Positions 18,450 to 29,324 of a DNA stretch of 64,000 nt are shown here, piece after piece (the first letter of the stretch is position 1; every line of letters begins with the position of its first letter). The notes beneath the pieces were generated by a model, which did no database searches, was not told where the DNA came from, and saw only the letters and a list, made by a program, of their open reading frames with translations. Source of the stretch: Patescibacteria group bacterium (GTDB taxonomy: Bacteria; Patescibacteriota; Patescibacteriia; UBA9934; GWF2-40-263). Location of the stretch: the NCBI GenBank assembly GCA_004297215.1, contig SCUM01000002.1, positions 70,270-134,269 of the forward strand, given 5' to 3'. The position numbers and the translations under genes were made by a program.

Positions 18450-18473
18450 TGCGCTGAAGCTACCACCCTGCGG

Positions 18474-19379
18474 CTAAAACGGCAAGGGGGCCGGTTCGAC
18501 GATCGGCTCGCCGCCGGAGCTGCGGATGAGGATGTCGCCTTGAAGGTCGGTGCGGAACGTCCCGATGCCGAGGTCGGCGAACCGCGCGAGCACTTCCTCG
18601 TGCGGGTGGCCATACGAATTCTTCGCACCGCAGGAGATGACCGCGACTTCCGGCGAAACGGCGGACAAAAGCGCGCGCGAAGACGAGGTGCGGCTACCGT
18701 GATGACCGGCCTTCAGCACGTCCACGTCGCCGACCTGCGCGGCATAGGCCACTTCCTCCTCGACTTCCGTGTCGGCGGTGAGCAGCACGCTCGTATCCCC
18801 GTAACGGACGAGCAGCACGATGCCGACGCGGTTCGTGTCGGAAACCGTCTTCCCGTCGAGCACGCCGTCGGGCCAGAGCACGTCGAACGTGACGCCGTCG
18901 ACCTTGAACGCGTCGCCGGCCTTCACGAGACGGCGCTGTGCCCCCTCGTCGCGGATTCCCTCCGAGAGCGCCGTCGCGACCCGCGTGTCCTTGATGAGCC
19001 CGGTCTCGTACACGGCCGCCACGTCGTAACGCGCGAGCACGGAAACGAGCCCGGCGACATGGTCGGAGTCCGGGTGCGTGGGGACGATCGCGTCGAGCGT
19101 GCGATCCGTGGGCGGCATCAGCTCCCCGAGCTTCGTGAGCACGGCGTTGCCCGGTCCGCCATCGACGAGGATTTGGCGCCCGTGCGGCGTCTCGATGAAG
19201 ACGGCGTCCCCTTGTCCCACGTCGAGCACCCATATGCGCAGATCGCCCGTCGAAGCCATGATCGGACGCCTGGCATCTGACACATACAATGCAAACGCGG
19301 CAGCACATGCGACGACGAGCGCACTAAACCCCGCGAGCGGAAACCATGTTGGGATCAAACGCTTCTCAAGCGACGCCAT
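18474..19379 (-). CDS. comEC: ComEC/Rec2 C-terminal metallo-beta-lactamase domain protein (separate ORF)
   Basis: An N-terminal TM helix, then WVLDVGQGDAVFIETPHG...PTHPDSDHVAG...GHHGS, which are MBL motifs. It overlaps the upstream ComEC membrane-domain ORF by 25 nt in a different frame. Confidence 0.8.
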   Translation of the reverse strand: MASLEKRLIPTWFPLAGFSALVVACAAAFALYVSDARRPIMASTGDLRIWVLDVGQGDAVFIETPHGRQILVDGGPGNAVLTKLGELMPPTDRTLDAIVPTHPDSDHVAGLVSVLARYDVAAVYETGLIKDTRVATALSEGIRDEGAQRRLVKAGDAFKVDGVTFDVLWPDGVLDGKTVSDTNRVGIVLLVRYGDTSVLLTADTEVEEEVAYAAQVGDVDVLKAGHHGSRTSSSRALLSAVSPEVAVISCGAKNSYGHPHEEVLARFADLGIGTFRTDLQGDILIRSSGGEPIVEPAPLPF

Positions 19380-20521
19380 AGGAAGAGGAGCGGAACCGTC
19401 GAGATGAGCGCGAGGACGCGCGCGTTGGGAACTGACACGCTCGCGTGCGGCACCGCATCAAGCCAAGAGACGACGTGGAGCATGAGGGAGGAAAGGGCCC
19501 AGGCGGGGAGAGCCAGAAGGGTGATAAGGGTCGGAAGGGTTTGAAGGGTGATGGAGGCGGCGAGGGCGATGATGCCGGAAGCGATGGCGTAGGGGACAAG
19601 TGGGAGGACGACGAGGTTCGCGATCGGGGCGATGAGGGAGACGGTGCCAAAGTGCCACAAGACGATGGGCATAGTGATCGCGATCGCGGCGAGGCTCCCC
19701 GCGAGCGACTCGCGCAACCCGAACCGTTCGGGAAGGAACGCGAGGCGTTCGCCGACGGGACCGGCCCAGGCCATCATCGCGTAGGTCGCCGCGATCGAGA
19801 GCTGGAACCCGATGTCTTCGCGCAGGAGCGTGGGATCGAACGCGAGCATGAGCGTGGCGGCAAGGAGAAGCGCGTTGTGCGGGCTGGCACGGCGGCGCAT
19901 GGTCTCGCCCAGGAGCACCACGCTCCCCATGATGGCCGCGCGCACGATGGCCGCTCCGGCTCCGGCAACGAAGACGTACAAGAGGAGCAGCGCCGCGGTC
20001 ACGCGCGTCCCCCACCGGCGGCCAAGCGGGGTGGTGATGACGAAGTTGAAGAAGATGAAGGTGGTGAGCGCCACGTTGCTCCCCGACGCGGATAGGATGT
20101 GGCTCAACCCCGTGGTGCGGAACGCCTCGCGCAACCCGTCCGGGAGCGCGGAGCTGCCGCCGAAGATGAGCCCGGTGAGGAATCCGGCGTACGGCTCGGG
20201 GAGTGCCGCGGCCATGCGTTGCCCGATCCATTCCCGCAGCGCCGCGGCCTCGGGCGGCACCGGGATCGCGAGCGCCGGCGCGAACGTGCGCGCGGCGCCG
20301 AATCCGAATGCCGCTGCCATGACGCACGCGAGCAAGGCGGAGCGCGAACGGACGGACAACGCGAACGCGGCGAGCAGGATCGCGACGATCCAGGTGAATG
20401 CCGGCGACACGACGGCCAGCAGCGGCCCGAGCGCGATGCCCAAGCAAAACGCGCTGAGGACCAGCGCGAGGCTTTTCGACGGAGACGAGGCGAGGGCCTC
20501 AAGCCTGGATGCCGACCCCAT
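19355..20521 (-). CDS. comEC: ComEC/Rec2 competence-domain polytopic membrane protein (N-terminal part)
   Basis: Multiple TM helices, with motifs ...LSHILSASGSNVALTTFIF... and ...ATLMLAFDPTLL... typical of the ComEC competence domain. The start was trimmed to MGSAS ('cat' at 20519-20521). Confidence 0.78.
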   Translation of the reverse strand: MGSASRLEALASSPSKSLALVLSAFCLGIALGPLLAVVSPAFTWIVAILLAAFALSVRSRSALLACVMAAAFGFGAARTFAPALAIPVPPEAAALREWIGQRMAAALPEPYAGFLTGLIFGGSSALPDGLREAFRTTGLSHILSASGSNVALTTFIFFNFVITTPLGRRWGTRVTAALLLLYVFVAGAGAAIVRAAIMGSVVLLGETMRRRASPHNALLLAATLMLAFDPTLLREDIGFQLSIAATYAMMAWAGPVGERLAFLPERFGLRESLAGSLAAIAITMPIVLWHFGTVSLIAPIANLVVLPLVPYAIASGIIALAASITLQTLPTLITLLALPAWALSSLMLHVVSWLDAVPHASVSVPNARVLALISTVPLLFLWRRLRSV

Positions 20522-21794
20522 AATAGGTGAATCCCTTTTTTGGCAAACCGAGGTCCGCCAGGAGGTTTCTCCCGTCGAACACGCATGGCCCGAGGAGGCG
20601 CTCGCGCACGGCGTCGAACGACACGTCGCGGAACTCGGCCCAGTCCGTGAGCACGACGAGCGCCTCGGCGCCGTCGCAGGCGTCCACCGCCGTGGGCGCC
20701 ATGATGATGCCGTCAGGCAACGCGTCGGCGGCCGCGCTCGTGGCCTGCGGGTCGTACGCGACGATTTCCGCGCCGCGGCCATGCAACGCACGCACCACGT
20801 CGACGGCCGCCGACGCGCGCGCGTCGCCCGTTCCGCCCTTGAACGCGAGCCCCCACACGGCCAGGCGGCGTCCCTTGACGCCGCCTAGCGTTCGTTCGAG
20901 TCTTTCCACGAACCGCTCGCGCTGACGATTATTCACGTCGATGGCCGCCGAGAGCAGTCGGAAGTCGTACCCGTTCGCTCCGGCCATGCGATGCAACGCG
21001 CCCACGTCCTTGGGAAAACAGGACCCGCCGTAGCCGATGCCTGGACGCAAGAAGTCCGCGCCGATGCGCGGGTCGGATCCGAGCACGTCTTCCACATCGC
21101 GCACGTCGGCGCCCGTGCGCTCGCACAGGTTCGCCATCTCGTTGATGAAAGAAACCTTCGTCGCGAGGAAAGCGTTCGCCGCGTACTTTGCGAGCTCGGC
21201 GCTCTCGTGGGACATGATGAGTCGCGGCGCCTCGATGCCGGCATGGAGTGAGTCCACGAGCGCGCGCGTCTCCCCGTCGTCGCTGCCGATCACGACGCGA
21301 TCGGGCTGGAAGAAATCCTTTAGCGCCTGCCCTTCGCGCAGGAACTCCGGCACGCTCGCGAGCCGCACCAGGTCACCCTTCCCCGCCCGCTCGAACCGTT
21401 CGCGCAGCGCCGCGGCCGTCCCGCACGGCACCGTGCTCTTCACGATGAGCAGCAGCGGGTGCGACAGGTGCTTGGCGATGTCGTCCGCCGCCGCATGCAC
21501 GAAGGAAAGGTCCGGCGCGCCGTCCTCGCTCGGCGGCGTGCCCACGCACAGGAGCGCCGCCTCCGCGCCGTTGATGACGCTCCCGAGGTCGCCCGTGAAC
21601 ACGACGCGCCCGGCCTCCTGCATGGAGCGCAACAGCTCCGGCATCCCCGGCTCGAAGAACGGCATCCGCCCCACGTCGAGCTTGGCCACCTTCCCCGCGT
21701 CCGCGTCCACGCACGCCACCCGATGCCCGAGCTTGGCAAAGCCCAGGGCATTGGCGAGTCCCACGTATCCGCACCCCACGACGACGAGGTTCAT
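20499..21794 (-). CDS. ugd: UDP-glucose/GDP-mannose 6-dehydrogenase family protein
   Basis: N-terminal Rossmann MNLVVVGCGYVGLANALGFA, the catalytic region ...GGSCFPKD..., and a C-terminal UDPG_MGDP_dh domain. The start was trimmed to MNLVV ('cat' at 21792-21794). Confidence 0.9.
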   Translation of the reverse strand: MNLVVVGCGYVGLANALGFAKLGHRVACVDADAGKVAKLDVGRMPFFEPGMPELLRSMQEAGRVVFTGDLGSVINGAEAALLCVGTPPSEDGAPDLSFVHAAADDIAKHLSHPLLLIVKSTVPCGTAAALRERFERAGKGDLVRLASVPEFLREGQALKDFFQPDRVVIGSDDGETRALVDSLHAGIEAPRLIMSHESAELAKYAANAFLATKVSFINEMANLCERTGADVRDVEDVLGSDPRIGADFLRPGIGYGGSCFPKDVGALHRMAGANGYDFRLLSAAIDVNNRQRERFVERLERTLGGVKGRRLAVWGLAFKGGTGDARASAAVDVVRALHGRGAEIVAYDPQATSAAADALPDGIIMAPTAVDACDGAEALVVLTDWAEFRDVSFDAVRERLLGPCVFDGRNLLADLGLPKKGFTYYGVGIQA

Positions 21795-21945
21795 ACGCGG
21801 TGAGATTAGCAAATGCGGCCCAAACGGCAAAGCCGCCCGATTCGGGCGGCTTTGGCGGTCCGGGCCCGAGCCTTTCGGCTCGCCAGCCGAAGCTCCGCAG
21901 AGCGAAGGATGGTGGACCCGACGGGAATCGAACTGACACATCAGT

Positions 21946-21985
21946 GTCATCCTGAGCGGAGGCCCTCAGGCCGGAGCGAAGGACC
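21946..21985 (+). repeat. Copy of GTCATCCTGAG-hairpin-(A)CGAAGGA repeat element
   Basis: GTCATCCTGAGCGGAGGCCCTCAGGCCGGAGCGAAGGACC. Related copies occur at 22044-22079 and 22397-22433 (opposite orientation) and at 28801-28839. Confidence 0.55.
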
Positions 21986-22043
21986 TTGGTCTGGAGGCCA
22001 CCGGACGTTTTTCTTCGGGATGACCATCTGGGGGGTCACCGAC

Positions 22044-22079
22044 GATGATCCTTCGTCAACCATTCAGACTCAGGATGAC
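22044..22079 (-). repeat. Copy of GTCATCCTGAG-hairpin-GACGAAGGATCATC element (downstream flank of GIY-YIG gene)
   Basis: The minus strand reads GTCATCCTGAGTCTGAATGGTTGACGAAGGATCATC. It lies 20 nt past the GIY-YIG stop codon. Confidence 0.55.
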
Positions 22080-22098
22080 AATGAAAAATCGGATGATA

Positions 22099-22395
22099 TC
22101 AATACAGATTACCACTCACGTCCGCCCAGATGGGATTCATCGAATCGATAAGGGCGATCTTTTTCCTTCGGACCCATCCTTTTATTTGTTTTTCCCTAGT
22201 GATTGCCTCGTAAGCCCCGGCGGATGCTTCGAAGTAGACCAGCTTGTTCACGTTATATTTAGCCGTGAAGCCCTTCACGACCTTCTGACGATGCTCGTAT
22301 ACGCGACGGACAAGATTATTCGTGATGCCCGTATACAGCACACGGTTGGTGACATTCGTGAGGATGTAGACGAAATATTGTCGGTCGTTTGCCAT
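22099..22395 (-). CDS. GIY-YIG nuclease family protein (98 aa, YhbQ/UPF0213-like)
   Basis: YFVYILTNVTNRVLYTGITNNLVRRVYEH is a GIY-YIG motif. The gene sits in a low-GC islet and is flanked by two direct copies of a 36-nt repeat. Confidence 0.85.
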   Translation of the reverse strand: MANDRQYFVYILTNVTNRVLYTGITNNLVRRVYEHRQKVVKGFTAKYNVNKLVYFEASAGAYEAITREKQIKGWVRRKKIALIDSMNPIWADVSGNLY

Positions 22396-22396
22396 A

Positions 22397-22433
22397 GATG
22401 ATCCTTCGTCGGCTGAGGCCTCCTCAGGACGAC
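22397..22433 (-). repeat. Copy of GTCGTCCTGAG-hairpin-GACGAAGGATCATC element (upstream flank of GIY-YIG gene, 2 nt from its start codon)
   Basis: The minus strand reads GTCGTCCTGAGGAGGCCTCAGCCGACGAAGGATCATC. Confidence 0.55.
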
Positions 22434-22478
22434 ATGAGTGTCGCCTTCATGGGCCCGTTTTCCAGGCCCGGGAAAACA

Positions 22479-22507
22479 AAAAAGACCCCCTCAATTTGAG
22501 AAGGTCG
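22479..22507 (-). terminator. Intrinsic terminator downstream of leuS
   Basis: On the minus strand, the GACCTTCTCAAATTGAGGGGGTC hairpin is followed by TCTTTTTTGTTTTCC. Confidence 0.5.
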
Positions 22508-22606
22508 TTTTTGTGACACCAGAGAAGTTCCCATGGAGGAACCCTTATCTGCTTAATGGCATTTCATCATGAAATCACCTTTCTGTCAACGGATGGCTGT
22601 GGATAG

Positions 22607-25030
22607 TTACACCACGATATTGATCATCCGGCCCGGGACGTAGATGACCTTCTTCGGCTTCGCGCCGGCGAGGTACTTTTCCACGTTCTCGGTGGCGAGG
22701 GCGCGAGCGACGGCTTCTTCCTGCGGCAAGTCGGGGGCAATGTCGATGGTGGCGCGCACCTTGCCGTTCACGGACACGGCTACCTTCACGATGGCGTCCT
22801 TGATGAGCGACGCGTCGGCAACGGGCCAGGACGCCTGGAACACGGACATCTTGTGCCCGAGATCCGTCCAGAGTTCTTCTGCGAGATGCGGGGCGAACGG
22901 GGCGAGGATCGTCACGAATGTCGCGAACAGACCACGCGGGACCGCCTCGACGGCGGCGAAGGCGTTCGTGCAGATCATCAGTTGGGAGATGGCCGTGTTG
23001 AACTTGAGCTGGTCGAGGTCGTCGCTCACCTTCTTGATCGTCTTGTGGACGACGCGCGAGAGCTCCGGGTCCGTCGCGTCCGCGAGCTTCGTGCGACACG
23101 CCCAGGCCTTGTCCAAGAACCGACGCACGCCAACGAGCCCTTTCGTGTCCCATGGCTTGGCATCTTCGAGCGGACCCATGAACATCTCGTACAGGCGCAA
23201 CGCGTCGGCACCATACTCGTGCACGATGTCATCCGGATTGATGACGTTCCCTTTGGACTTGCTCATCTTCTCCCCGTCGGGCCCGAGGATGAGTCCTTGG
23301 TTTCGCAGTTTGAGGAAGGGCTCGTCGAACTCCACGTAGCCGAGATCCCTGAGCGCGTAGCAGACGAATCGCGAGTACAACAAATGCAACACCGCGTGCT
23401 CGGCGCCGCCCACGTACAGGTCGACCGGCGACCAGTAGCGCAGCTTCGCCTCGTCGGCGAACACGGCGTCGTTGTGCGGATCGCAATAGCGCAGGAAATA
23501 CCACGAGGAGTCCACGAAGGTGTCCATGGTGTCGCTCTCGCGGCGCGCGGCCTTGCCGCACTTCGGGCAGTCCACATCCTGGAACGATGCCGACCGCTTG
23601 AGTGGCGACTCCCCTGTGGGCTTGAAATCCACATCGGTCGGGAGTTCGACCGGCAGCGATTTCGGCTCCACCGGCTGCGCGCCGCAGTCGTCGCACCAGA
23701 CGATCGGGATCGGCGCGCCCCAGTAGCGCTGGCGCGAGACGAGCCAGTCGCGCAGGCGGAAGAAGGTGATGCGTTTGCCACGGCCTTTCGACTCCAGTTC
23801 CGCCGCGATCGCGCCGACCGCCTCATGGCTTGTCAGGCCATTGAAACTGCCCGAGTTCGTGAGGACTCCCTCGTCGACATAGGCCTGGTCGGCCACCCGA
23901 TCGTCTTGGTTCGGACTGGCCACGACCCACTTCACCGGCAGGTCGTACTTCTTGGCGAAGGCGTAATCGCGGTCGTCGTGCGCCGGCACGCCCATCACGG
24001 CGCCGGTGCCGTAGGAGGTGAGGACGTAGTCGGAAACGTAGAGCGGCACGTCTTCGCCGGTGAGCGGATGCTTCGCGTAGGCGCCCAGGAACACGCCGCT
24101 CTTGTCACGCTCGAGCTGCGTGCGCTCGAGCTCGCTCTTCTTGCGCGCCTGGTCGCGATAGCGCACCAGCTCCTCGCGCTTCTCCTCGATGCACAACTCG
24201 TCCACGAGCGCGTGCTCGGGCGCGAGGACGACGTACGACACGCCGAACAGCGTATCCGCGCGCGTCGTGAACACCGGAATCGAAAATTCACAGTCGCCTT
24301 GCGTGCCATGGAACTCGATTTCGACCCCTTCGCTCTTGCCGATCCAGTTGCGCTGCATCGACTTGATGCGCTCGGGCCAGTCGAGCCTGTCGAGCCCCGC
24401 AAGCAGGCGGTCGGCGTACTTGGTGATGCGGAAGAACCACTGTTCCAATTCCTTTTGCACGACGACGGTCCCGCAACGGTCGCACGTCCCGTCCACCACC
24501 TGCTCGTTGGCGAGCACGGTGTGATCGGACGGGCACCAATTCACCGGCGCCTTGGCGCGATACGCCAGGTCGTTCTTGTAAAGCAGGAGGAACAGCCACT
24601 GCGTCCACTTGTAATATTCCGGATCGGCCGTCGAGATCTCGCGCGACCAGTCGAAGGAGAGCCCGAGCGACTTCATCTGCCGTCGGAAATTCTCGATGGC
24701 CGCCTTCGTGGTCTCGGCCGGATGCACGCCGGTCTTCACCGCGTAGTTCTCGGCCGGGAGCCCGAACGCGTCGTAGCCGATCGGGAACAGCACGTTCTTC
24801 CCCTGCATGCGCGCGCGGCGCGTGAGGATGTCGAGCGCGGCGTAGCTTTCCACGTGCCCCACGTGAAGCCCGGCGCCGGACGGGTACGGGAACATCACCA
24901 GGTGATAGAGCTTATCCTTCGCTCGTGCCGGATCCTCGGGAGCTTCCCCTGCCCGCCGAAGCCTTGGCGAAGGCGGGTCCCACTTCGCCTGCCATTTCTT
25001 CTCGATCGAACGATGGTCGTAGCTCGCCAT
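22607..25030 (-). CDS. leuS: Leucine--tRNA ligase
   Basis: 807-aa ORF with the HVGHVESY class I HIGH region, KMSKS, and the CP1 editing-domain length. Confidence 0.97.
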   Translation of the reverse strand: MASYDHRSIEKKWQAKWDPPSPRLRRAGEAPEDPARAKDKLYHLVMFPYPSGAGLHVGHVESYAALDILTRRARMQGKNVLFPIGYDAFGLPAENYAVKTGVHPAETTKAAIENFRRQMKSLGLSFDWSREISTADPEYYKWTQWLFLLLYKNDLAYRAKAPVNWCPSDHTVLANEQVVDGTCDRCGTVVVQKELEQWFFRITKYADRLLAGLDRLDWPERIKSMQRNWIGKSEGVEIEFHGTQGDCEFSIPVFTTRADTLFGVSYVVLAPEHALVDELCIEEKREELVRYRDQARKKSELERTQLERDKSGVFLGAYAKHPLTGEDVPLYVSDYVLTSYGTGAVMGVPAHDDRDYAFAKKYDLPVKWVVASPNQDDRVADQAYVDEGVLTNSGSFNGLTSHEAVGAIAAELESKGRGKRITFFRLRDWLVSRQRYWGAPIPIVWCDDCGAQPVEPKSLPVELPTDVDFKPTGESPLKRSASFQDVDCPKCGKAARRESDTMDTFVDSSWYFLRYCDPHNDAVFADEAKLRYWSPVDLYVGGAEHAVLHLLYSRFVCYALRDLGYVEFDEPFLKLRNQGLILGPDGEKMSKSKGNVINPDDIVHEYGADALRLYEMFMGPLEDAKPWDTKGLVGVRRFLDKAWACRTKLADATDPELSRVVHKTIKKVSDDLDQLKFNTAISQLMICTNAFAAVEAVPRGLFATFVTILAPFAPHLAEELWTDLGHKMSVFQASWPVADASLIKDAIVKVAVSVNGKVRATIDIAPDLPQEEAVARALATENVEKYLAGAKPKKVIYVPGRMINIVV

Positions 25031-25033
25031 AGG

Positions 25034-25375
25034 TCACGACTCCTGGCCGCCCTCTATCGTGCCGCCCGCTTCCATCCAGCCCATGAACCCGCCCATGAGA
25101 CAGCGCGCGTCGGCGTACCCGGCCTTGGTGGCAATCTCGCACAGCGTCTTCACGTGCGCGTCATCCGCCTCGTGGTCGGCGTAGAGCACCAGATGCGCGT
25201 CCGTGCCGAGGGCCGCCGCGGAAAGCGAGGTACCGAAATCGTCGGTCGCCGGGGCGTTGATGGCTCCGGGCACGTGCTTTTCGGCGTATCGCGCGGGCGG
25301 ACGCACGTCCAGGACGGTCAAGCCCCCGTCCTTGGCCATGATCTCCTTGAGCTGCGCAGCGGTGATGGTCTTCAT
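25034..25375 (-). CDS. Rhodanese-like domain protein (sulfurtransferase)
   Basis: ...LTVLDVRPPARYAEKHVPGAINAP... matches a single rhodanese-domain pattern, but no active-site Cys loop was evident, so the protein may be catalytically inactive. The start was trimmed to MKTIT, which has a GGAGG RBS 5 nt upstream. Confidence 0.7.
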   Translation of the reverse strand: MKTITAAQLKEIMAKDGGLTVLDVRPPARYAEKHVPGAINAPATDDFGTSLSAAALGTDAHLVLYADHEADDAHVKTLCEIATKAGYADARCLMGGFMGWMEAGGTIEGGQES

Positions 25376-25395
25376 ACCTCCGAAGGGTATCCCTT

Positions 25396-26322
25396 CTATC
25401 CCTTGCTTGCCAGCCACCGTTCGGCCTCGAGGGCGGCGGCGCAGCCGGTGCCGGCGGCGGTGATGGCCTGGCGGTACACGTAATCGGCCACGTCGCCTGA
25501 GGCGAATACGCCGTCGACGCTCGTCTGCCGCGTCCCCGGCTTGAGGACGACGTATCCTTTCTCGTCGAGCTCGACCTGGCCCTTGAAGATTTCGGTGTTG
25601 GGCTTGTGGCCGATCGCCACGAACAGGCCGTCGGCGGACAGGTCGCCGGCCGCCTTCGTCTTGTTGCCCATCGTCTTCACGCCGGTCATCTTCTTCCCGT
25701 CGCCGACGACCTCGGTGATGCTCGTGCCGAACAGGAACGCGACCTTGGGATTTTTCATCGCCCGCTCGGACATGATCTTGCTGGCGCGCAGCTCGCTCCC
25801 GCGCACGAGCACGGTGACGGAGCTCGCGAAGCGCGTCAGGAAATCCGCCTCCTCCATGGCCGCGTCCCCGCCGCCCGCCACCAGCACCTTCTTGTCACGG
25901 AAGAAGAACCCGTCGCAGGTGGCGCACGCGCTCACGCCGCGGCCGGAATATTCCGTTTCTCCAGGAATGCCGAGCCACTTGGCCGAAGCGCCGGTCGAGA
26001 TGATGACCGATTCGGCTTTCATCTCCTGGCCTGCCGTGCGCACGATGAACGGGCGCGCCGAGAAATCGACGGACACGACGTCGTCCGCGACGAGCTTGGT
26101 GCCGAACCGTTCGGCTTGTTTTCGAAAAAGCGGCATGAGCTCCGGACCTTGGATGCCGTCCGGAAACCCCGGGAAGTTCTCCACCTCGGTCGTGAGCATG
26201 AGCTGCCCGCCGGCCTTGAGCCCCTCGAACAAGACGGGCGCGAGCATGGCGCGGGCGGCATACATCGCGGCCGTGTACCCCGACGGCCCGCTGCCGATGA
26301 TGACAAGCTTCTCAGGAATCAC
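25396..26322 (-). CDS. trxB: Thioredoxin-disulfide reductase
   Basis: GSGPSGYTAAMYAAR FAD-binding motif, the CATCDG redox-active site, and an NADPH motif GGGDAAMEEA. Confidence 0.95.
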   Translation of the reverse strand: MIPEKLVIIGSGPSGYTAAMYAARAMLAPVLFEGLKAGGQLMLTTEVENFPGFPDGIQGPELMPLFRKQAERFGTKLVADDVVSVDFSARPFIVRTAGQEMKAESVIISTGASAKWLGIPGETEYSGRGVSACATCDGFFFRDKKVLVAGGGDAAMEEADFLTRFASSVTVLVRGSELRASKIMSERAMKNPKVAFLFGTSITEVVGDGKKMTGVKTMGNKTKAAGDLSADGLFVAIGHKPNTEIFKGQVELDEKGYVVLKPGTRQTSVDGVFASGDVADYVYRQAITAAGTGCAAALEAERWLASKG

Positions 26323-26392
26323 AGGGGGTAGGGGGTAGTGCGTAGGGGGTAGGCGAAAATTACCTACGCACTACCAACTACGGACTACGCAC

Positions 26393-26713
26393 TTAAAGGT
26401 GTTTCTGCAATCTCGCCTTCAATGCCTCTTTCGCCATGGTGCCGGAAAACTGGTCCACGGGCTGGCCGCCCTTGAAGATGATGAAGGTGGGGATGGAAAG
26501 CACGTTGAACCGCTGGGCGAGCGACGGATGCTCGTCCACGTTGAGCTTGGCCACGAGCGCGTCCGGCACCTCGCCGGCGACCGTATCCACGAGCGGGCTC
26601 ATGGTCTTGCACGGGCCGCACCAAGGGGCCCAGAAATCCACGAGCACCGGCTTGCCGCCCTGCAGCACGTTCTGGTCGAAGTTCTCCGCCGTGAGGATGA
26701 GTTCGTTGGACAT
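26393..26713 (-). CDS. trxA: Thioredoxin
   Basis: 106 aa with a WCGPC active site. Confidence 0.95.
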   Translation of the reverse strand: MSNELILTAENFDQNVLQGGKPVLVDFWAPWCGPCKTMSPLVDTVAGEVPDALVAKLNVDEHPSLAQRFNVLSIPTFIIFKGGQPVDQFSGTMAKEALKARLQKHL

Positions 26714-26716
26714 AGG

Positions 26717-28738
<2,022 letters not shown>

Positions 28739-28800
28739 GGCGGGGAGGATACGGGAACGAAGGGTTTCCGTCAACGAAAATGACCCCAAAATCACCTGGG

Positions 28801-28839
28801 GTCATCCTGAGCCCCGACGTGATGTCGGGACGAAGGAAC
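28801..28839 (+). repeat. Copy of GTCATCCTGAG-hairpin-ACGAAGGA repeat element (between infB start and pilin-like gene)
   Basis: GTCATCCTGAGCCCCGACGTGATGTCGGGACGAAGGAAC. It is preceded by the hairpin GACCCCAAAATCACCTGGGGTC. Confidence 0.5.
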
Positions 28840-28868
28840 TTCCCGTTTCCGGGCCGACTCTTCGATGC

Positions 28869-29324
28869 CTAGCGTTTCACGGAAATGCTCGCGGCGAGCT
28901 CCGGATCGCAAGCGACCACCTCGACCGCGCCGGAAACCTGGAGGTTGACCGCATACCGGGTGTTGCCAGATGAGCCGGTGAGCGGATCGAACGGCAATCG
29001 CCCGAGCGCTTCGCCGAGGTCGGCGCAGGCGCTTCCGGTGACGACCGTGCCGCAGGAGCGTTCGCATCCGGACCGATCGGTGCCCAATACCTGGAACCCG
29101 GACGGATCGGCATCGAAGGCGCCCGGATACGCGCCGCCGTGCTCCTGCGCGTAGGAGACCGCGGCCATGAGCACCTCGCGCACGTCTCGGCGGCGGGCAG
29201 CGTCGCGGGCCTGGCTCAAACGCCGGGCGGGGTCGATGGCGGCCACGACGGCAATGAACAGGACGGCGACCACCCCGACGATGACCAGGACCTCCTTATT
29301 CGTGAAGCCCCGCACGTCCTTCAT
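28869..29324 (-). CDS. Type IV pilin-like / prepilin-type N-terminal domain protein
   Basis: N-terminus MKDVRG|[22 protein letters not shown]: a Gly cleavage site with Glu at +5 and a hydrophobic helix. The motif is divergent from canonical GFTLIE. Confidence 0.65.
   Translation of the reverse strand: MKDVRGFTNKEVLVIVGVVAVLFIAVVAAIDPARRLSQARDAARRRDVREVLMAAVSYAQEHGGAYPGAFDADPSGFQVLGTDRSGCERSCGTVVTGSACADLGEALGRLPFDPLTGSSGNTRYAVNLQVSGAVEVVACDPELAASISVKR

Noticed and set aside
21946-21985. Hammerhead ribozyme interpretation of the GTCATCCTGAG...CGAAGGA repeat
   Set aside because: The core only superficially resembles CUGAnGA...GAAA (CUGAGCG and CGAAGG instead). No proper stem II/III arrangement is visible, and I cannot verify it without a model search.
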